49,081 nucleotides of DNA from Eubacteriales bacterium (GTDB taxonomy: Bacteria > Bacillota > Clostridia > Oscillospirales > CAG-272): contig JAZOCO010000043.1 in the NCBI GenBank assembly GCA_045596505.1, forward strand, positions 1 through 49,081, in the 5' to 3' direction. Positions 8,331 through 18,696 of the stretch are shown in pieces (position 1 is the stretch's first letter; every line of letters starts with the position of its first letter). A model generated the notes under the pieces. The model made no database searches and was not told the origin of the DNA. It was given only the letters and a program-made list of their open reading frames with translations. The position numbers and the translations under genes are program-made.

Positions 8331-8732
8331 TTATCTCTTGGAGAACTGAGGTGCACGACGCGCGCCCTTGAGTCCGTACTTCTTTCTTTCCTTCATACGA
8401 GGATCGCGACGAAGGAACCCTGCTGCCTTAAGAGCTGCACGGAAGTTGGGATCTGCCTGAAGCAGTGCACGGGAAAGACCGTGGCGAATAGCGCCTGCCT
8501 GACCCGAGATACCGCCGCCCGTAACGTTTGCGATGATATCAAACTTGCCCGTGGTGCCGGTAACACCGAAGGGCTGGTTTACGATAAGCTTCAAGGTTTC
8601 AAGACCAAAGTAATCGTCAACGTCTCTGCCGTTGATGGTGATAGCGCCCGTGCCGGGAACGATGCGAACACGCGCAACGGATTTCTTTCTTCTGCCTGTG
8701 CCGTAGAAATAAGGCTTTGCACTTGTATACAT
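8331..8732 (-). CDS. rpsI: 30S ribosomal protein S9
   Basis: [13 protein letters not shown] and [19 protein letters not shown]. Confidence 0.99.
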   Translation of the reverse strand: MYTSAKPYFYGTGRRKKSVARVRIVPGTGAITINGRDVDDYFGLETLKLIVNQPFGVTGTTGKFDIIANVTGGGISGQAGAIRHGLSRALLQADPNFRAALKAAGFLRRDPRMKERKKYGLKGARRAPQFSKR

Positions 8733-8755
8733 ATAAATTTACCTACCTTTCTCTA

Positions 8756-9178
8756 TTACAGCACGATGGGCTTTTGTGCTTCGTGCTTGTGTGCCTCGCC
8801 TGCATACACCTTAAGGCGGGTTGCAGCCTTTGCACCAAGTTTGTTGTGGGGCAGCATGCCCTTCACTGCCAGCTCCATTGCCTTTTCGGGCTTGGTTGCC
8901 ATCAAGGTCTTGTACTGAACGGACTTCAAACCGCCGATGTAGCCAGAATGGTGATGGTAGTACTTATCCTCCAGCTTGTTGCCGGTAAGCACTGCCTTGT
9001 CAGCATTGATAATGATTACAAATTCGCCGCAATCAACGTGAGGGGTAAACTCAGGACGGTGCTTGCCGCGCAGAATGGTGGCAGCCTGAACGGCGGTTTT
9101 GCCAAGGGGCTTGTTTGCCGCATCAATGACAAACCAACGGCGCTCGATGGTTTCTGCCTTTGCCATAAAAGTGGACAT
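8756..9178 (-). CDS. rplM: 50S ribosomal protein L13
   Basis: [16 protein letters not shown] and AVKGMLP; promoter TTGACA-17-TATAAT (9250-9222). Confidence 0.99.
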   Translation of the reverse strand: MSTFMAKAETIERRWFVIDAANKPLGKTAVQAATILRGKHRPEFTPHVDCGEFVIIINADKAVLTGNKLEDKYYHHHSGYIGGLKSVQYKTLMATKPEKAMELAVKGMLPHNKLGAKAATRLKVYAGEAHKHEAQKPIVL

Positions 9179-9426
9179 AATGTTTCCTCCATAAAATTAG
9201 CTTATTTTTTTCGACCTGCACATTATAGCATAAGGGTCATTTATTGTCAACCCCTTTTTCTAAAAAAATTTCAAAATTTTAATTTAGCACCGCAAAACCT
9301 CGCGTTTTCTCCGTTTTTTGCCCATTTTGCTCTCTCTTATAGGTGTGCAACATCGCTTTTTTGCGTACTATTTAACGGATGCCACGCATAATATCAAAAG
9401 GAAACAACCGTTTTGGAGGTAAAAAG

Positions 9427-10380
9427 ATGACAAACCGTTTTAAACCCGAGGGGATGCTTGAGAAAACAAAGGAAAACAAGGAGGCGCTCTCTTGCGTTGC
9501 GGCTCTTGAGCGCGCTTGCCGCACGGGACAGATCTTAGAAGCGCCCGTGCTGCTTTGCGACAGCGGGATGCGCCTGCACGTGGATCTTGGCTGCATGCGC
9601 GGTGTGATGGAGCGCGAGGAAGCGCTATACTGCCGCCCGAACGAGGCCATAAAGGACATTGCCATCATTACGCGAGTCGGAAAGACCGTTGCCTTTAAGA
9701 TCCTTGGCTTTTCCGAGGAGAGGGGCGAGCGCATTGCCCTGCTTTCGCGCCGTGCCGTACAACGGGATTGCATTTTTGAGTTTTTGGCAAGTCTAACCCC
9801 CGGAGATATCATTCCCGCACGCGTGACGCACCTTGAAAATTACGGTGCTTTTGTGGACATTGGCTGCGGCGTTTCCTCTCTTTTATCCATTGACTGCATC
9901 TCCGTTTCTCGCATTGCGCATCCGCGCGACCGCCTCACGTGCGGCATGTTTTTAAACGTGGTGATCAAAAGTCTTGATAAAAGCCTCAACCGCATTTTCG
10001 TGACCCTTAAGGAGCTGCTTGGCACGTGGGAGGAAAACACGGCACAGTTTGGGGCGGGGGAAACGGTTGTGGGACGCATACGAAGCATTGAAAGCTACGG
10101 CATCTTTGTGGAGCTTACTCCAAATCTTGCAGGCTTGGCGGAGCTGCGCGGCAGTGGAAATACGCCTGTGCGCTGCGCGGTGGGGGACGTTGCAGCCGTG
10201 TTTATCAAAAGCATCATTCCCGATCGCATGAAGGTAAAGCTGGTGATCATTGACGCGTACCCTTCAAACGACCCGCCCGAGCCGCTAAAATATTACATTG
10301 ACGCAGAAAAGACAGCACATATCGATTATTGGGAATACTCCCCCGCGTCCTGCACACGCTTGATCGAAACGATATTTTAG
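9427..10380 (+). CDS. S1 RNA-binding domain protein (short S1-like)
   Basis: VTHLENYGAFVDIG and IRSIESYGIFVEL S1 motifs; GGAGGT RBS. Confidence 0.85.
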   Translation: MTNRFKPEGMLEKTKENKEALSCVAALERACRTGQILEAPVLLCDSGMRLHVDLGCMRGVMEREEALYCRPNEAIKDIAIITRVGKTVAFKILGFSEERGERIALLSRRAVQRDCIFEFLASLTPGDIIPARVTHLENYGAFVDIGCGVSSLLSIDCISVSRIAHPRDRLTCGMFLNVVIKSLDKSLNRIFVTLKELLGTWEENTAQFGAGETVVGRIRSIESYGIFVELTPNLAGLAELRGSGNTPVRCAVGDVAAVFIKSIIPDRMKVKLVIIDAYPSNDPPEPLKYYIDAEKTAHIDYWEYSPASCTRLIETIF

Positions 10381-10382
10381 CC

Positions 10383-10414
10383 AAAAGCAGCCCCGACGCG
10401 TCGGGGCTGCTTTT
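10383..10414. terminator. Bidirectional terminator between convergent genes
   Basis: AAAAGCAGCCCCGACGCGTCGGGGCTGCTTTT palindrome. Confidence 0.85.
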
Positions 10415-10418
10415 GATT

Positions 10419-11282
10419 TTATATCATTTTACAAAGGAATGCGCGAACTCCCTCTCCTTGCAGAGCTTCTACCGCGCGGGAAGCGCTTTGCTCATCCTCA
10501 AAAATACCAAACACAGACGGGCCGCTACCACTCATTTGTGCGGCAAGTGCGCCGTTTTTCAGCATTGCTTCCTTGATGCTTGTGACTGCGGGGCGAAGCG
10601 GCTCAATGACAGCCTCAAAGCGATTAAAGAGCGCGGCGGCAAGCTCCTTGACGTTGCCCGCTTCAAGTGAACGGATCAGTGGCTGCGGTGACACAGCTCC
10701 CTCAAAGCTCTTATAATCGTCAAAAAGCCGATCAAGCGTGCCAAATGCTACGGGTGTGGACACGCCCTCTCCCCCCATTGCCACCACAACGGTGGCGTTT
10801 ATACGATTCAAAATGGGTGTGAGCACCTCGCCAACGCCCTCGCAAAGGCAGGTGCCGCCCTGCACGCAAAAGGGGACGTCAGCGCCGATAGCGGCGCCCA
10901 TTTCCGCGAGCTCGTGCACGGTATAGCGGTTGCCGTCAAGCTCGTTTAACGCCTTTAGCATCGCCGCCGCATCCGCCGATCCGCCGCCCATTCCCGCCGC
11001 CATGGGAATACGCTTTTTAAGAGTTACAGTGACGCCGAAGGGTGCGCCGCTTGCCGAAAAATAGCACTTTGCCGCACGCACGATGAGATTGCTGTCATCA
11101 GCGGGTAAAGCGCCCCCCGTATCAAGCGAAATGCCCTTTCCCGCTTCTCTTGTAACGACCAGCGTATCGCACAGCGACACGGACTGCATCACACTCACCA
11201 CGTCGTGATAGCCATTCTCTCGCTTGCCGATCACGTCAAGGTGCAAATTGATCTTTGCATTGGCTGTTACGGTTACGGTCAT
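10419..11282 (-). CDS. ispE: 4-diphosphocytidyl-2-C-methyl-D-erythritol kinase
   Basis: AKINLHLDV, IPMAAGMGGGSADAA, GADVPF and MSGSGPSVF GHMP-kinase motifs. Confidence 0.95.
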   Translation of the reverse strand: MTVTVTANAKINLHLDVIGKRENGYHDVVSVMQSVSLCDTLVVTREAGKGISLDTGGALPADDSNLIVRAAKCYFSASGAPFGVTVTLKKRIPMAAGMGGGSADAAAMLKALNELDGNRYTVHELAEMGAAIGADVPFCVQGGTCLCEGVGEVLTPILNRINATVVVAMGGEGVSTPVAFGTLDRLFDDYKSFEGAVSPQPLIRSLEAGNVKELAAALFNRFEAVIEPLRPAVTSIKEAMLKNGALAAQMSGSGPSVFGIFEDEQSASRAVEALQGEGVRAFLCKMI

Positions 11283-11444
11283 TATCACACCTCTTTTCGG
11301 TTTCATCACACTGCCCACAGTATATCACATTTCCCGCATATTTTCAATAATGCGACAAATATTTTTAAAAACAATCTATATGCCCTTGACGGACAAAAAT
11401 AAAATGTTTATAATATTATTAGAGTTTTTTACCCACGGAGGGCT

Positions 11445-13466
11445 ATGATGATTGATTTAAAAGAACAAAACGGCGAAGATCCCCGCCCCCAAAAGCCAAG
11501 ACTCCCCAGGCGCAATTGGATGCTATGGGTGCTGGTGGGCATTTTGGCGGTGCTGATCCTTGCCAATCTTGATGCGATCCTAAAGCCGATCAAGACCTTA
11601 AACGATATCCTGACGCCCATTGTCATCGGTCTTGTGATCGCGTATCTTTGCAATCCCTTTTTGCGTTTCTTTGAGATCAAGGTGTTTTACAAGCTGAAGC
11701 GTACGGTAAATCGCGCGTTATCTATGCTTCTCACATATGTAGTCGTTCTGCTCATCATCAGCGGCGTGGTTCTGCTTATCATACCACAGTTGATCGAGAG
11801 CATTAACGATTTCCGCGTGAACGGTATGTTTTACGTGAACCGCTTGATCTCCTCTGTAAACGACTTTGCCACATCCCTCCCCTTTGATCTGCCGAGAGAT
11901 ACCGAAAACCTGCTCACCCTTGAAAAGCTGCTGACCGTGGCAATGGATCTGCTTGATCAATTCGGCACGGGTATATTGGGCAGCCTTGGCACGTTTGCGG
12001 GCAGCGCGCTGACACTTCTTAAAAACATTTTGGTCGGCGTGTTCGTATCCATTTACGTTCTGCTCTCAAAGGACCGCCTGAAGGCAGGCTGCTGCCGTGC
12101 GATCCACGCACTGTTCTCGGAGCGTAGTGAGCGAAAGATCCTCTACTACACGACCCAAGCAAACCGCAAATTTGGCGGATTTATCGTTGGCAAAATGATC
12201 GATTCCATTATGGTCGGCATCACTGCCGTGATCCTCTTTACCATCTTTAAGATCCCCTATCCTATTCTCATTGCCGTGATCATCGGCATTACCGATTTTA
12301 TTCCCTTTTTCGGTCCATTCATCGGTGCGATCCCCTCTGCAGTCATTATCTTTATCGCAGAGCCCTCTAAAGCGCTTTTATTTGTGGTCCTTATCCTTGT
12401 CATCCAGCAGATCGACGGCAATCTCTTAGCACCTATGATATTAGGTGACCATACGGGTCTTACCTCCCTTGGCGTGCTGATCGCTATCACCCTGATGGGT
12501 GGTCTTTTCGGCTTTATCGGTATGCTGATCGGTGTGCCGCTGTTTGCCGTGATCATCACGATGCTTGACGACTATCTGAAGCACCGACTGCGCGACAAGG
12601 GCAGCCCTACCGACCTTTACTCCTATTACGCCGCTGATGCCTTTATCAGGCCCTCTGACGAGGCGGAGGGGCAGCATGACACACTGACGAAAAAGCTTGT
12701 GCGCTGGATCGCTGCCGTTGAAACGGAAATGGAAGCTGACGATTACGATCCCGGACGTTGGCGTATGGCTATCAACACGCTTAGATTGGGACTTTTACAG
12801 ATCGGCAAATTCTTCCGCCGCGTCTTCTCCGTGAAGCAGATCTCCGAGGACTATCGTGGCTCACACGTGAGCCTGATCCTTAAACGCGGAATGATCTCAA
12901 GCCGCACGTTCCTGCGCGTTACTTTGCTGACCATTTTTACCCTTGGTATCTATCCGCTTTATCTGCTTGAGACCATTGCGGTCAATACCAACATTTCTTG
13001 TAGCCGTGACGGCAGGCGCACGTGGGGCATTCTACCCGTGCTGATGCTCTCCATCATCACCCTTGGTATATTCCCCATTATCTGGCACTGCCAGGTGCTT
13101 TGTCGCTACCGCCGCTACTGTGAGCAAAACGGCGTACAGACCAAAGCATCAATGAAGCATTATTTGCTTTGGACGCTTGTCGGCTTACCCACCGTAGTGG
13201 GTCCTCTTATTGCATATGCCCGCTTCCTTAGCGCCTATAATCAGTCCTGTCGCATCTTCAATGAAACGCACACCTTCCCCCTTTCCCCTGACGTGCTCGC
13301 AGAGGAGGCTGCCGAGGGTGCTGCATATCTCGCGGCAATACGTGCCGCCAAGGCAGCGGAAAAGGTTTCTGCTGTTGGATCTGATACTGTTTTGTTTGGT
13401 GTGTTTGAGGCAGAAAGCAACGAGGATCTCGCATCCGCCACGGATGGCGGGACGGAGCAACCGTAA
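11445..13466 (+). CDS. AI-2E family transporter with C-terminal extension (DUF4234-like repeats)
   Basis: AYLCNP, DFIPFFGPFIGAIP, QQIDGNLLAP and GMLIGVP motifs; ~290 extra aa; promoter TTGACG-17-TATAAT (11386-11414). Confidence 0.88.
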   Translation: MMIDLKEQNGEDPRPQKPRLPRRNWMLWVLVGILAVLILANLDAILKPIKTLNDILTPIVIGLVIAYLCNPFLRFFEIKVFYKLKRTVNRALSMLLTYVVVLLIISGVVLLIIPQLIESINDFRVNGMFYVNRLISSVNDFATSLPFDLPRDTENLLTLEKLLTVAMDLLDQFGTGILGSLGTFAGSALTLLKNILVGVFVSIYVLLSKDRLKAGCCRAIHALFSERSERKILYYTTQANRKFGGFIVGKMIDSIMVGITAVILFTIFKIPYPILIAVIIGITDFIPFFGPFIGAIPSAVIIFIAEPSKALLFVVLILVIQQIDGNLLAPMILGDHTGLTSLGVLIAITLMGGLFGFIGMLIGVPLFAVIITMLDDYLKHRLRDKGSPTDLYSYYAADAFIRPSDEAEGQHDTLTKKLVRWIAAVETEMEADDYDPGRWRMAINTLRLGLLQIGKFFRRVFSVKQISEDYRGSHVSLILKRGMISSRTFLRVTLLTIFTLGIYPLYLLETIAVNTNISCSRDGRRTWGILPVLMLSIITLGIFPIIWHCQVLCRYRRYCEQNGVQTKASMKHYLLWTLVGLPTVVGPLIAYARFLSAYNQSCRIFNETHTFPLSPDVLAEEAAEGAAYLAAIRAAKAAEKVSAVGSDTVLFGVFEAESNEDLASATDGGTEQP

Positions 13467-13534
13467 TTTAAAGCGAGATGCCCCGCGGGGCAGCTCACTC
13501 TTTTATAACTTTTTACAAAAAGGAGAACCGAAAA

Positions 13535-15379
13535 ATGTCAGAAAAACAGCAGGGCGGTATTTCCGTCGACAGAGAAAATATTTTCCCCATCATAAAAAAA
13601 TGGCTCTATTCCGAGAAGGACATTTTTTTGCGCGAGATCGTATCAAATGCAACGGATGCCATTACCAAGCTAAAGCGCTTGGTATCTCTTGGCAAGGCTT
13701 CCGAGTCGGGACAGCCGTTTCGCATTGACGTGCGCCTTGACAAGGCAGCAAAGACCATTACGGTTGAGGATAACGGCATTGGTATGACGCGCGAGGAGCT
13801 GCAGCAATATATTTGCTCCATTGCTCTGTCGGGTGCTGTTGATTTTATTAAAAAGTACGAGGGTGAGGGCGAGGAAGCCACCAAAAACGGCATTATCGGT
13901 CACTTTGGTCTTGGCTTTTATTCCGCCTTTATGGTCAGTGAGCAGGTGGAGATCCACACACGCTCACACACGGGCGCGCCTGCCGTTCATTGGGTATGCT
14001 CTGCCGAGGGCGAGTATGAGCTTGAGGGGGGCGATCGCGAGGAGAGTGGCACTGAGGTCATTATGCATATAGAAGAAGGCGAGGCGGAATATCTTGATGC
14101 CGAGAAGCTTCGCGCGATGCTTGACAAATACTGTGCCTTTATGCCCGTCCCGATCTATTTTGTGGACGGTGGCGAGAAAGCGGACGAGGAGCCTGCTCCC
14201 ATCAACGATACAGCACCCCTGTGGCAAAGATCCCCCTCCGAGTGCACGGACGAGGAATATTGCGCCTTTTACCAAAAGGTGTTTTCGGATTTTCGCGAGC
14301 CGCTGTTCTATATTCACATTAACGCAGATTATCCACTCAATTTTAAAGGTATTTTGTATTTCCCACGTATCATCAGCCAGTATGAAAGCATTGAGGGTCA
14401 GGTAAAGCTTTACTACAATCAGGTCTTTGTGGCGGACAACATTAAGGAAGTGATCCCCGAGTATCTCCTGATGCTCAGGGGCGTTCTCGACTGCCCTGAG
14501 CTGCCGCTGAACGTATCGCGCAGCTATCTGCAAACTAACAGCTACGTATCAAAGCTCAGCGCGCATATCGTGAAAAAGGTGGCGGACAAGCTCTGCTCCC
14601 TCTCAAGAAATGATCGGGAAAAATACGAAAAGGTATGGGACGATATTAAAACCTTTGTGGAATATGCCGCGATGCGCGACACCAAATTCCGCGATCGTGT
14701 AAAGGACCACCTGCTCCTGAAGCTGACTGACGGCACGCACAAGACCATTGACGAATATCTTGATGCCGCCGCGGACACTCACAAAAACACCGTTTATTAC
14801 ACCACGGACAAGGCGCTGCAGGCGCAGTATATCGCGCTGTTTGCCGAAAGGGGCATTGCTGTGGCAGAATTTGACAGTCTGCTGGACACGCAGTTTGCAG
14901 CATCCGAGGAAGCACACCGTGAGGGCGTGCGTTTCTTACGCGTGGATGCTGACCTTTCCGTGCTTGAAAAGGAGGGCGAGCAAGAGGAAAGCAAAGCGCT
15001 TTGTGACTTGTTCGTGCGGGTGAGCCAAAATGAGAAGCTAACCGTCAAGCAAGAGAGCTTTGAGGGGAGTGAGATCCCTGCCATCCTTAAGGTGAGCGAG
15101 GAAAGTCGCCGTATGGAGGATATGATGAAAATGTACCGTATGGCAGGCGAGGGTGACGATGCACCCGCTTTTCCCCTTGATATGACGCTGGTGGTCAACA
15201 CCGATGCACCGCTGATCAAAAAGCTGCTTTCTATGCTGACGCAGGAGAGCGAAAAATGCGAGCTGCTTGCCACTGAGATCTACCGCCTTTCCCTACTCTC
15301 TCACCGCAAGCTTACTAAGGATGAGATGCAGGCATTCCTCACGGACAGCTACAAGCTGCTGCTTGATGTTTCAGAGTAA
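13535..15379 (+). CDS. htpG: Hsp90 chaperone HtpG
   Basis: LYSEKDIFLREIVSNA, DNGIGMT, IGHFGLGFYSAFMV, LPLNVSRS. Confidence 0.97.
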   Translation: MSEKQQGGISVDRENIFPIIKKWLYSEKDIFLREIVSNATDAITKLKRLVSLGKASESGQPFRIDVRLDKAAKTITVEDNGIGMTREELQQYICSIALSGAVDFIKKYEGEGEEATKNGIIGHFGLGFYSAFMVSEQVEIHTRSHTGAPAVHWVCSAEGEYELEGGDREESGTEVIMHIEEGEAEYLDAEKLRAMLDKYCAFMPVPIYFVDGGEKADEEPAPINDTAPLWQRSPSECTDEEYCAFYQKVFSDFREPLFYIHINADYPLNFKGILYFPRIISQYESIEGQVKLYYNQVFVADNIKEVIPEYLLMLRGVLDCPELPLNVSRSYLQTNSYVSKLSAHIVKKVADKLCSLSRNDREKYEKVWDDIKTFVEYAAMRDTKFRDRVKDHLLLKLTDGTHKTIDEYLDAAADTHKNTVYYTTDKALQAQYIALFAERGIAVAEFDSLLDTQFAASEEAHREGVRFLRVDADLSVLEKEGEQEESKALCDLFVRVSQNEKLTVKQESFEGSEIPAILKVSEESRRMEDMMKMYRMAGEGDDAPAFPLDMTLVVNTDAPLIKKLLSMLTQESEKCELLATEIYRLSLLSHRKLTKDEMQAFLTDSYKLLLDVSE

Positions 15380-16311
15380 TGGCAGACAGGCACATGATGG
15401 ATGATGCTGCAATGGCAGTAGCGCTTGAAAATCTTGCCGTGTGGCATGCTGAGATCGACCGTGCAGGCGAGTTGGTGAGCTTACAGATCGAAGATCTCGC
15501 CGCGCATTTTGCAAAAAACAGCCGGGAGAGCACCGCGCAGGACCTTGCCGCCTTACGGCGGTGGGCAAGCGAGCTGACCGAGGTTGCCGCCGACACACCG
15601 CTTGCACCGGCGCAGCGGCTCTCAAAAAGGCTGGCGCTTTGCCGTGCCCTCTCGGGGAGCACGCTTGATCTGCTCCTTGATGTAACGGGAATCAACGCAG
15701 CTTCACTTGCCACACAGATGACTGCGAGCGAGGGGAGCGTTGCGATTCTGGCAAGCCCCCTTTTTCACACGGCTATGCAGGATTTTGCCGCAGTGCTCCC
15801 CGAAGCGAGTGCCGTGCCCTGTAAAAGCTTTGCCGATATTTGTGAAAGAATTGCTACGGGCGTCACGCCATATGGTATCCTGCCGCTTGAGGACTCTTTT
15901 GAGGGAAAGCTCTTTCGCATTTACGAGCTGCTCGAGCAGTTTGATCTGCATATTGCCTGCAGCAAGGATATTTCCGCACAAAGCGAGAGTAAGACCGTGC
16001 GCATGGCGCTTTTGTATAAAGCCGTGCGTCCCGCGGTCGTGCCCCACGGAACGCGCACGATAGAATGTGTGCTCTATGAGGAAGACGATGCCTCTCTTAA
16101 CAATTTTTTAGCGGCGGCAAATGCCTTTGGGCTTTTTGTGCGGCGCATTGATTCGCTGCCCATTTCCTACCGTGAGGACGGCTTTGCCAAGCATATCGTA
16201 CTAAAAGCCAAGGAAGCAACGCCCCGATTACTTGCGGCATATATCACCCTTTTTATGCCCCGCACGGTGATCATAGCAGACTATATCAATATAGATAAGG
16301 AGTTCGAATGA
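15379..16311 (+). CDS. Degenerate prephenate dehydratase-like/ACT-like protein
   Basis: YGILPLEDSFEG resembles PDT YGVLPIENSTAG; RRIDSLP resembles ACT TKLESRP; the middle of the PDT domain is missing. Confidence 0.65.
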   Translation: MADRHMMDDAAMAVALENLAVWHAEIDRAGELVSLQIEDLAAHFAKNSRESTAQDLAALRRWASELTEVAADTPLAPAQRLSKRLALCRALSGSTLDLLLDVTGINAASLATQMTASEGSVAILASPLFHTAMQDFAAVLPEASAVPCKSFADICERIATGVTPYGILPLEDSFEGKLFRIYELLEQFDLHIACSKDISAQSESKTVRMALLYKAVRPAVVPHGTRTIECVLYEEDDASLNNFLAAANAFGLFVRRIDSLPISYREDGFAKHIVLKAKEATPRLLAAYITLFMPRTVIIADYINIDKEFE

Positions 16312-16571
16312 AGGAATTAGAATTTGCGCCAAAGGGTGTTTGTGCCAGGCGTATTCGCATCAAGATCGACGGTGACACCGTAAAAGAGGTTTCCTTCCTC
16401 GGCGGTTGCTCGGGGAACACGCAGGGCGTCGCGGCGCTTGTTGCCGGCATGAAGGTTGAAGAAGTGATAGAGCGACTTGCGGGCATTCGTTGCGGCTTTA
16501 AAGCCACCTCCTGCCCCGATCAGCTGGCTAAAGCGCTACGTGTGGCTCTTGCGGATGGCACGGAAGCATAA
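16308..16571 (+). CDS. TSCPD-domain protein (TIGR03905-like)
   Basis: PKGVC, FLGGCSGN, GIRCG and TSCPDQLA motifs. Confidence 0.9.
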   Translation: MKELEFAPKGVCARRIRIKIDGDTVKEVSFLGGCSGNTQGVAALVAGMKVEEVIERLAGIRCGFKATSCPDQLAKALRVALADGTEA

Positions 16572-16636
16572 TTAACAAAAAAGAGAGAACTTTACGGATT
16601 AACCGTTGTTCTCTCTTTTTGCTTATAAAACAGATT

Positions 16637-17200
16637 TTACTCGGTCGGTGCTTCCAAAACGATCTCCCCGTATTGGGAAAAGTCAAAGGTATAAACGATC
16701 GGCTTAGCAACAACGCCCTGACGATATGTATATGAAATTTTGCTGATCTGTTCATCGGTGAAGGTGACATATACGTCCTCAATATAATCACCTACCCACA
16801 TAATGTCTTTTACGGAAGATTTTTCGCAAAAATACGTGCCGTCCTCAAGAAGTGTAAATTCCTCAAAGCAATCGGCGAATTTAAACAACCGTACCAGCTC
16901 TTTGCGTTCCACGAAAAGCTTTTCGCGTATAACGGGCTCATCACTGCCAATAAGCCACTCCTTTCCGTTTGCCACCGCCACAGTATCTCCGTCAAAAAGA
17001 TAATGTGTGCCGCCATAGATCGGTTCGTGGGCGTGGGGTTCTTCATTCCATATTTGTGTTGTGCAGTCAACACGCACGTTTTCAAAAGCAAATGCGGCAC
17101 GCCACTGCTCCTCGGATACCTCTTTTTTGCAGGAGGAAAAGCCGACGCACGCACCAAGGCACAGCGCAAGTGTCACAAGCACAAGTGAAATTTTTTTCAT
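16637..17200 (-). CDS. Hypothetical lipoprotein
   Basis: MKK + hydrophobic stretch + FSSC lipobox; AAGGAG RBS. Confidence 0.75.
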   Translation of the reverse strand: MKKISLVLVTLALCLGACVGFSSCKKEVSEEQWRAAFAFENVRVDCTTQIWNEEPHAHEPIYGGTHYLFDGDTVAVANGKEWLIGSDEPVIREKLFVERKELVRLFKFADCFEEFTLLEDGTYFCEKSSVKDIMWVGDYIEDVYVTFTDEQISKISYTYRQGVVAKPIVYTFDFSQYGEIVLEAPTE

Positions 17201-17225
17201 AGAATTCTCCTTTTGAAATTCTTTG

Positions 17226-18665
17226 CTAATTTAAGATACGCAAGAATTCTTTTACGGTACGGAAGATGCGCGAGAAGGAGGCAATTTCCATGGTTTCAAA
17301 CGGCGTGTGTAGATCGTGGATATTGCACCCAACGGCAATGGCAGAAAGTCCCTTTACTGCATTTGTAATAAGACCCGTTTCAAGCCCTGCGTGAATGAGC
17401 GTTGGCTCGGTGCTGCCGCCTGTGACTGTATGATATGCCTCTTGCCACGCCCTCACAAGCGGTGCTTCCATCGCGCTTTCCCAGCCGGGGTATGCGTTAT
17501 AATAGGTAACGGTGGCTCCGATATCGGCAGCAAGCGCATTCTGCTCGGCGCGCGACTCATCAAGGCGGTACTCCTTTGCGGAGCGCGACGAGATACCAAA
17601 GGTGACCTTATCCTTATGCGTGCGGCAATTGGCAAGGTTACGGGATGCCTCGGGCATCACAGGGGGCTCTTTGCGCATATGCAGCACACCGCCCGAAATG
17701 GAAAGCACCCGTATGATCTTATCGGTATCGGTATGGGACATTGCCTCGCTGACAGGTATTTGTTCTATCTTAACGGAAAGCTCCCTGTCCTCCTGCGCTA
17801 CGATGTAGCTCCTTGCAAGTGCTTCAAGCTTTGGCAAAAGCAGCTCTGCCGCCGCCTTATCATCTACCAACAGCACTGCCTCGCACTCACGCGGAATGGC
17901 ATTGGTCTTCTCGCCACCCGTCACGCAGGCAAGGCGAAAGGGCGTTTGCCTGCGCAATGCCGTTAAGAGCTTACCCATCAAGCCAAGGGCATTGAGGCGT
18001 CCGCGATGGATATCCTCACCCGAATGACCGCCGCAAAGACCGCCGATCGCAACCGAGAGCCCCTCTTCGTTTACAGGCGCAAGGCTGATGGGAAGTGCCA
18101 GCTCCGAGCGAACGCCGCCGCAGCACCCGACAATGACGGTATTTTCCTCGGCAGAATCAAGGTTGAGCATGTTTTTGGCGGTGATATGACTGTAATCGAA
18201 CTGCCCTGCGCCCACAAGACCGATCTCCTCAGCAGAGGTGAAAAGACACTCGATAGGTGGGTGAGAAATCTCCTTTTCATCGAGCACGGCAAGCATGATC
18301 GCCACGCCAAAGCCATCATCAGCCCCAAGCGTGGTGCCATCGGCAGAAATTCGGTTATCCCGCACTACAAGAGCAAGCCCCTCAGTATTGAAGTCGTGCT
18401 TCACATAAGAATGCTTTTCTGTGACCATATCGGTATGCGCTTGCAACAAAACGGCTGGCTCATTTTCCCTGCCCTTGGTGGCGGGCTTTTTGATCAGAAC
18501 GTTGTGTGTGGCATCGCGGTAGCACCAAAGACCGCGTGAGGCGGCAAACGCCTCAAGATAATCCGCGATCCCGGCTTCAAGGAGTGAGGGACGCGGGATC
18601 GCCGAGATCTCCTCAAAAAAGCGAAAGAGAGCACGCGGCTCAAAACGGTCAAGTATATATTTCAT
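17226..18665 (-). CDS. pepD: Aminoacyl-histidine (beta-Ala-His) dipeptidase, M20 family
   Basis: LQAHTDMV, TTLGADDG, EEIGLVGA, GGHSG, IHAGLETG motifs. Confidence 0.92.
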   Translation of the reverse strand: MKYILDRFEPRALFRFFEEISAIPRPSLLEAGIADYLEAFAASRGLWCYRDATHNVLIKKPATKGRENEPAVLLQAHTDMVTEKHSYVKHDFNTEGLALVVRDNRISADGTTLGADDGFGVAIMLAVLDEKEISHPPIECLFTSAEEIGLVGAGQFDYSHITAKNMLNLDSAEENTVIVGCCGGVRSELALPISLAPVNEEGLSVAIGGLCGGHSGEDIHRGRLNALGLMGKLLTALRRQTPFRLACVTGGEKTNAIPRECEAVLLVDDKAAAELLLPKLEALARSYIVAQEDRELSVKIEQIPVSEAMSHTDTDKIIRVLSISGGVLHMRKEPPVMPEASRNLANCRTHKDKVTFGISSRSAKEYRLDESRAEQNALAADIGATVTYYNAYPGWESAMEAPLVRAWQEAYHTVTGGSTEPTLIHAGLETGLITNAVKGLSAIAVGCNIHDLHTPFETMEIASFSRIFRTVKEFLRILN

Positions 18666-18696
18666 GGTAACAGTCCTTTGATCCGGTTTGTAAAGG

